Assembly (NCBI GenBank): GCA_030424595.1
Contig: JAUHWG010000011.1
Span: 129,130-193,129 of the forward strand
Length of the DNA: 64,000 bases
From: Polyangia bacterium
GTDB taxonomy: Bacteria > Myxococcota_A > Polyangia > Nannocystales > Nannocystaceae
Direction: 5' to 3'
Both the position numbers and the translations under genes were made by a program. Within the stretch, counting starts at the first letter, position 1, and each line of letters opens with the position of its first letter. This document shows, in pieces, positions 59,566-64,000 of the stretch. The notes below the pieces were generated by a model that was not told the origin of the DNA, searched no databases, and was given only the letters and a program-made list of their open reading frames with translations.

Positions 59566-59628
59566 TAACAAAAAACCCCGCGAGCTCGCCGTGCGACGCT
59601 GGTGTCGTCGAGGCGAGGCTTGCGGGGG
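59566..59628 (-). terminator. Rho-independent terminator for pepA (hairpin ccccgcaagc...gctcgcgggg followed by TTTTTTGTT on the minus strand)
   Basis: On the minus strand a 10-bp stem (1 mismatch) is followed by a 6-U tract. It lies between the pepA stop and the ung start. Confidence 0.5.
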
Positions 59629-59725
59629 TCCGTTGAGCGCGCATGCCCCAGGAGGCCGCGACCGCGCGGGCGATGTCCACCACGGGCTGAGAGGGCCCTC
59701 CGCAGAGGGCCCTTCGCGGCGGGGG

Positions 59726-61234
<1,509 letters not shown>

Positions 61235-61637
61235 CGTGAGTCGACCGGATGCCGGCGTTGGCGGACGGGCCCCGGGTAGGAATGGTTGCTTGCGCATCCT
61301 TCTCGGGCAGGGGGCCTCATCGTCGGGGACCGATTGTCGAGACCGTAAAAACCGCCGAGAAAGACGGCTAGAGGGCTCTCGGGGGTGCTCCAGACCCTCG
61401 CTCGAAAGTGCGCGTCAGGGTGGGGGCGGGTGGCCGCGGTTGGCCGCCTTGGACCCCAAGGCACGGCGGCCCGGCGGACGTCGGTCGTTGGGTCGCGACC
61501 GAAGTGCCGTGCTATGGTCCCGCCCCGGCAGAGGACGATCCCCTCTACAACGAAGATTCACAGGGGATCGACCAAGCTGTGATAGCGTCAAGACCCGCAT
61601 CCAGGTCGGCCTCTGCGCCACCCACCGACGAATCCCG

Positions 61638-63731
61638 ATGACGACGAGCAACGAACGGCCGCAGCAAAAGGATCCCCTGATCGGCACGGTCTTCGCCGGC
61701 CGCTATCTGGTCGAGAGTCGCCTCGGCCGAGGCGGAATGGGCGTTGTCTACAAGGCGAGCCAGACCAACGCCAACCGCAAGGTTGTGCTCAAGGTGCTGG
61801 CGCCGGACTGGATCGGCGACCCTGAGGCGCTCGCGCGCTTCGAGCGAGAGGCCAGGGGGCTGAGCGCGCTTCAGCACCCCAACATCGTCGCGATCCACGA
61901 CTACGGATCCTTCGACGGCCGGGCGTACATCGTCATGGAGTACGTCGCCGGCGAGACCCTCGAGCGCTTCGTCAAGCGCCGCGAGCGGCTCAGCTTGGCG
62001 GACTTCGTGCCGATCGCGGCGCAGGTGCTCAAGGGGCTCGGTGAGGCCCACTCGCGGGGGATCATCCACCGCGACATCAAGCCCGCCAACCTCATGCTCT
62101 GCGAGCGGCAGGGCAGGGCGAACTACGTCAAGATCCTCGACTTCGGCCTCGCCAAGCTGGTGTCTGGCTCATCGGACATCACCAAGCAGAACGTGCTCGG
62201 GACGCCGACCTGCCTCTCCCCGGAGCAGATCAAGGGCGAGAAGCTCGACCAGCGCGTCGACGTGTACGCGGTCGGCATTCTCTTCTACTACATGCTCGCG
62301 GGGGTGATGCCCTTCGCCGCCGACAACGACGCGTCGATCCTCTACAAGCACGTGCACGAGGAGCCCGCGCCCTTGGCAGGTCACCTGCCCGAGGGCCACC
62401 AGGTCCCCGAGGGCGTCATCGAGCTGATCGAGCGCTGCCTCAAGAAGTCGCCGAGCAAGCGACCGCGCGACGCGAACGAGGTCGTCGAGGGGCTGATCGA
62501 TCAGGTCCCCTTCTCGATGTTCAAGCTGCCGCGGGCCGAGCCGAAGCCGGCCGGCTACGAGGAGCCGCTCGACGAGCCCTACCAGGACACGTCGACCGGA
62601 GAGTACTCCGGCGAGGCGATCCCCGGGCCGCAGGACATCAGCATCGGCACCTTCGGCCGCTCCGATCCGTCGGGCTCGATGTCGCCGCCGGTGACCTCCG
62701 GGACCTCCCAGAGCCTGGCTGTCGCCGCCGCCCAAGCTGCCGCGGCCGCGCAGGCTGCGTCGACGACGGGATCGCTGGGGGCCAACCCGCTCGGGCAGAG
62801 CCCGCTCGGTCCTTCCGGCGTCACAGGTCAGCACTCGGCGATGGGCAACCCGATGATGAGCCCGATGGCGACCTATCCGCCCGGGTCGTTCCCGCAGCTC
62901 GACGCGCAGAACGATCGGTCGCGCAACGGCGTGCTGATCCTCGGCTTCGTCGCCCTCGCGGTGATCGGGGTGCTCGGCTACCTCGCGCTGACGCCCCGAG
63001 ACACGCCCGCAGAGACCCCAGCGGTGGTCGACGACGGCCTCGCTCGCCTCCAGTCGCTGATCAGCCGGGCCGAGAACAATATCGATCGCAAGCAGTACGG
63101 ACAGGCGCAGATCCTGCTCGACTCGTCGACCGAGGACTTCGCGCGCCACCCCGAGCTGATGGAGCAGGTCGCCGCGCTCAAGGACCAGATCGAGATCGGT
63201 CGCCTCCTCGACAGCGGTCGCAACTACGAGCAGGTCGGCCAGAAGGACGAGGCCGTCAAGGCCTATCGCGAGATCCTGAGCCGCAACTCGGGCCACCAAG
63301 AGGCCCGCGAGCGGATCGCGAGCCTCATCGGCGCCTCGGCTGACGCGGCGCTCGGCTGGCTCTCGGCCTCCTCTTCGCCGATCGGCGGTGCCGTCTACAT
63401 CGACGAGCAGCCGACGCCGCTGGGGCTGACCCCGCTCGATCCGCAGCCGATCGCGGCAGGACCCCACCAGGTGTCGATCCGCCTCGACGGCTTCCTCCCC
63501 TGGAAGAAGTCCGTCACGATCGAGGCCAACAAGACCTTCCCGATCAACGCCGAGCTGACCCCGAAGAAGGGCGTCCGCAAGCCGCCGCCGGTGCGCCCCG
63601 TGGCCGACCCTGAGCCTGAGCCCGAGCCCGCGCCGGTCGTCAAGCCGAAGACGACTCCGACCAAGAAGAAGAAGAAGATCACCAAGCCGTCGACCAAGCC
63701 CAAGGGCAACGGTCTGATGCCGGTGAAGTGA
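61638..63731 (+). CDS. Hanks-type Ser/Thr protein kinase with Pro/Gly-rich linker, one TM helix, TPR-like segment and C-terminal PEGA domain
   Basis: GRGGMGVVYKA (subdomain I). VLK Lys. HRDIKPANLM. DFGLA. SPEQ activation loop. TM VLILGFVALAVIGVLGYLAL. The C-terminal PEGA-like fold (GAVYIDEQPTPLGLTP...GPHQVSIRLDGF) matches the PEGA pattern. Confidence 0.85.
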   Translation: MTTSNERPQQKDPLIGTVFAGRYLVESRLGRGGMGVVYKASQTNANRKVVLKVLAPDWIGDPEALARFEREARGLSALQHPNIVAIHDYGSFDGRAYIVMEYVAGETLERFVKRRERLSLADFVPIAAQVLKGLGEAHSRGIIHRDIKPANLMLCERQGRANYVKILDFGLAKLVSGSSDITKQNVLGTPTCLSPEQIKGEKLDQRVDVYAVGILFYYMLAGVMPFAADNDASILYKHVHEEPAPLAGHLPEGHQVPEGVIELIERCLKKSPSKRPRDANEVVEGLIDQVPFSMFKLPRAEPKPAGYEEPLDEPYQDTSTGEYSGEAIPGPQDISIGTFGRSDPSGSMSPPVTSGTSQSLAVAAAQAAAAAQAASTTGSLGANPLGQSPLGPSGVTGQHSAMGNPMMSPMATYPPGSFPQLDAQNDRSRNGVLILGFVALAVIGVLGYLALTPRDTPAETPAVVDDGLARLQSLISRAENNIDRKQYGQAQILLDSSTEDFARHPELMEQVAALKDQIEIGRLLDSGRNYEQVGQKDEAVKAYREILSRNSGHQEARERIASLIGASADAALGWLSASSSPIGGAVYIDEQPTPLGLTPLDPQPIAAGPHQVSIRLDGFLPWKKSVTIEANKTFPINAELTPKKGVRKPPPVRPVADPEPEPEPAPVVKPKTTPTKKKKKITKPSTKPKGNGLMPVK

Positions 63732-63775
63732 TCTCCTTTGTCCCTCTGCCCCACGACTCCGCATCGAGCTTTGAC

Positions 63776-64000
63776 ATGCAACGTCTCATCCCCACGCTCG
63801 TGACCGCTTCGCTCCTCCTCACCGGTCCCATCGCGCCCCGCGTCGTCCACGCTGCGCCCGCGGCCGAGGAGTCCTTCGACACGCTGACGGAGCAGGCCGC
63901 CGAGAAGTACAGCGACGGTGACTACGACGGGGCGATCGCCCTCTTCGAGCGGGCCTACGCGCTCGACCCCGAGCCGAACATCCTCTTCAACATCGGTCGA
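63776..64000 (+). CDS. Secreted TPR-repeat protein, 3-prime partial at the window end
   Basis: Signal peptide (LVTASLLLTGPIAPRVVHA). YSDGDYDGAIALFERAYALDPEPNILFNIG is a TPR motif. Confidence 0.5.
   Translation, partial: MQRLIPTLVTASLLLTGPIAPRVVHAAPAAEESFDTLTEQAAEKYSDGDYDGAIALFERAYALDPEPNILFNIGR

Overview
This is a 64 kb window of high-GC (~70%) chromosomal DNA. The gene content points to a myxobacterium (Myxococcota): a MYXO-CTERM-tagged OmpA protein, a PEGA-domain Ser/Thr kinase, DUF4388, an S46 peptidase and an oxidosqualene cyclase. Nearly all of it is densely packed protein-coding sequence on both strands. Housekeeping genes are sppA, tyrS, prfA-zapA, tsaB, rseP, bioA, argC-argB plus an M20 ArgE-like deacetylase, ung, pepA and tldD-tldE. 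Mixed in with these are many envelope and signalling genes: lipoproteins, an Omp85-family protein, two histidine kinases, three receiver proteins, a sigma-54 enhancer-binding protein and a Hanks-type kinase.

I found no rRNA, no tRNA, no CRISPR array and no transposase or integrase. Many long antisense ORFs in the six-frame track are GC-frame artefacts and were rejected.

The features that deserve a second look are:
- An oxidosqualene (sterol) cyclase, with the eukaryote-type VSDCTAE and MWCHCR-like motifs, that is translationally coupled to an upstream SAM-dependent methyltransferase.
- An orphan MutH/Sau3AI-like endonuclease fused to a zinc ribbon, sitting next to a minisatellite and a ~460-nt purine-rich low-GC island.
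- An operon in which an Omp85-family outer-membrane protein, a small periplasmic protein and an NtrY-like sensor kinase overlap by 4 nt each.
- A sigma-54 enhancer-binding protein, a TPR sensor-kinase-like protein and a single-domain receiver, arranged together downstream of a ~900-bp low-GC island.
- A recurring pattern of tandem duplications of gene 3-prime termini that include the stop codon: argB (76 bp, 3 copies), the OmpA gene (27 bp, ~2.5 copies), the sigma-54 regulator (~80 bp, degenerate second copy) and a small hypothetical gene (18 bp, 2 copies).
- Three unrelated intergenic minisatellites with 10-12-bp units.

All calls rest on reading the sequence directly and on recalled family motifs. 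No database searches were run.
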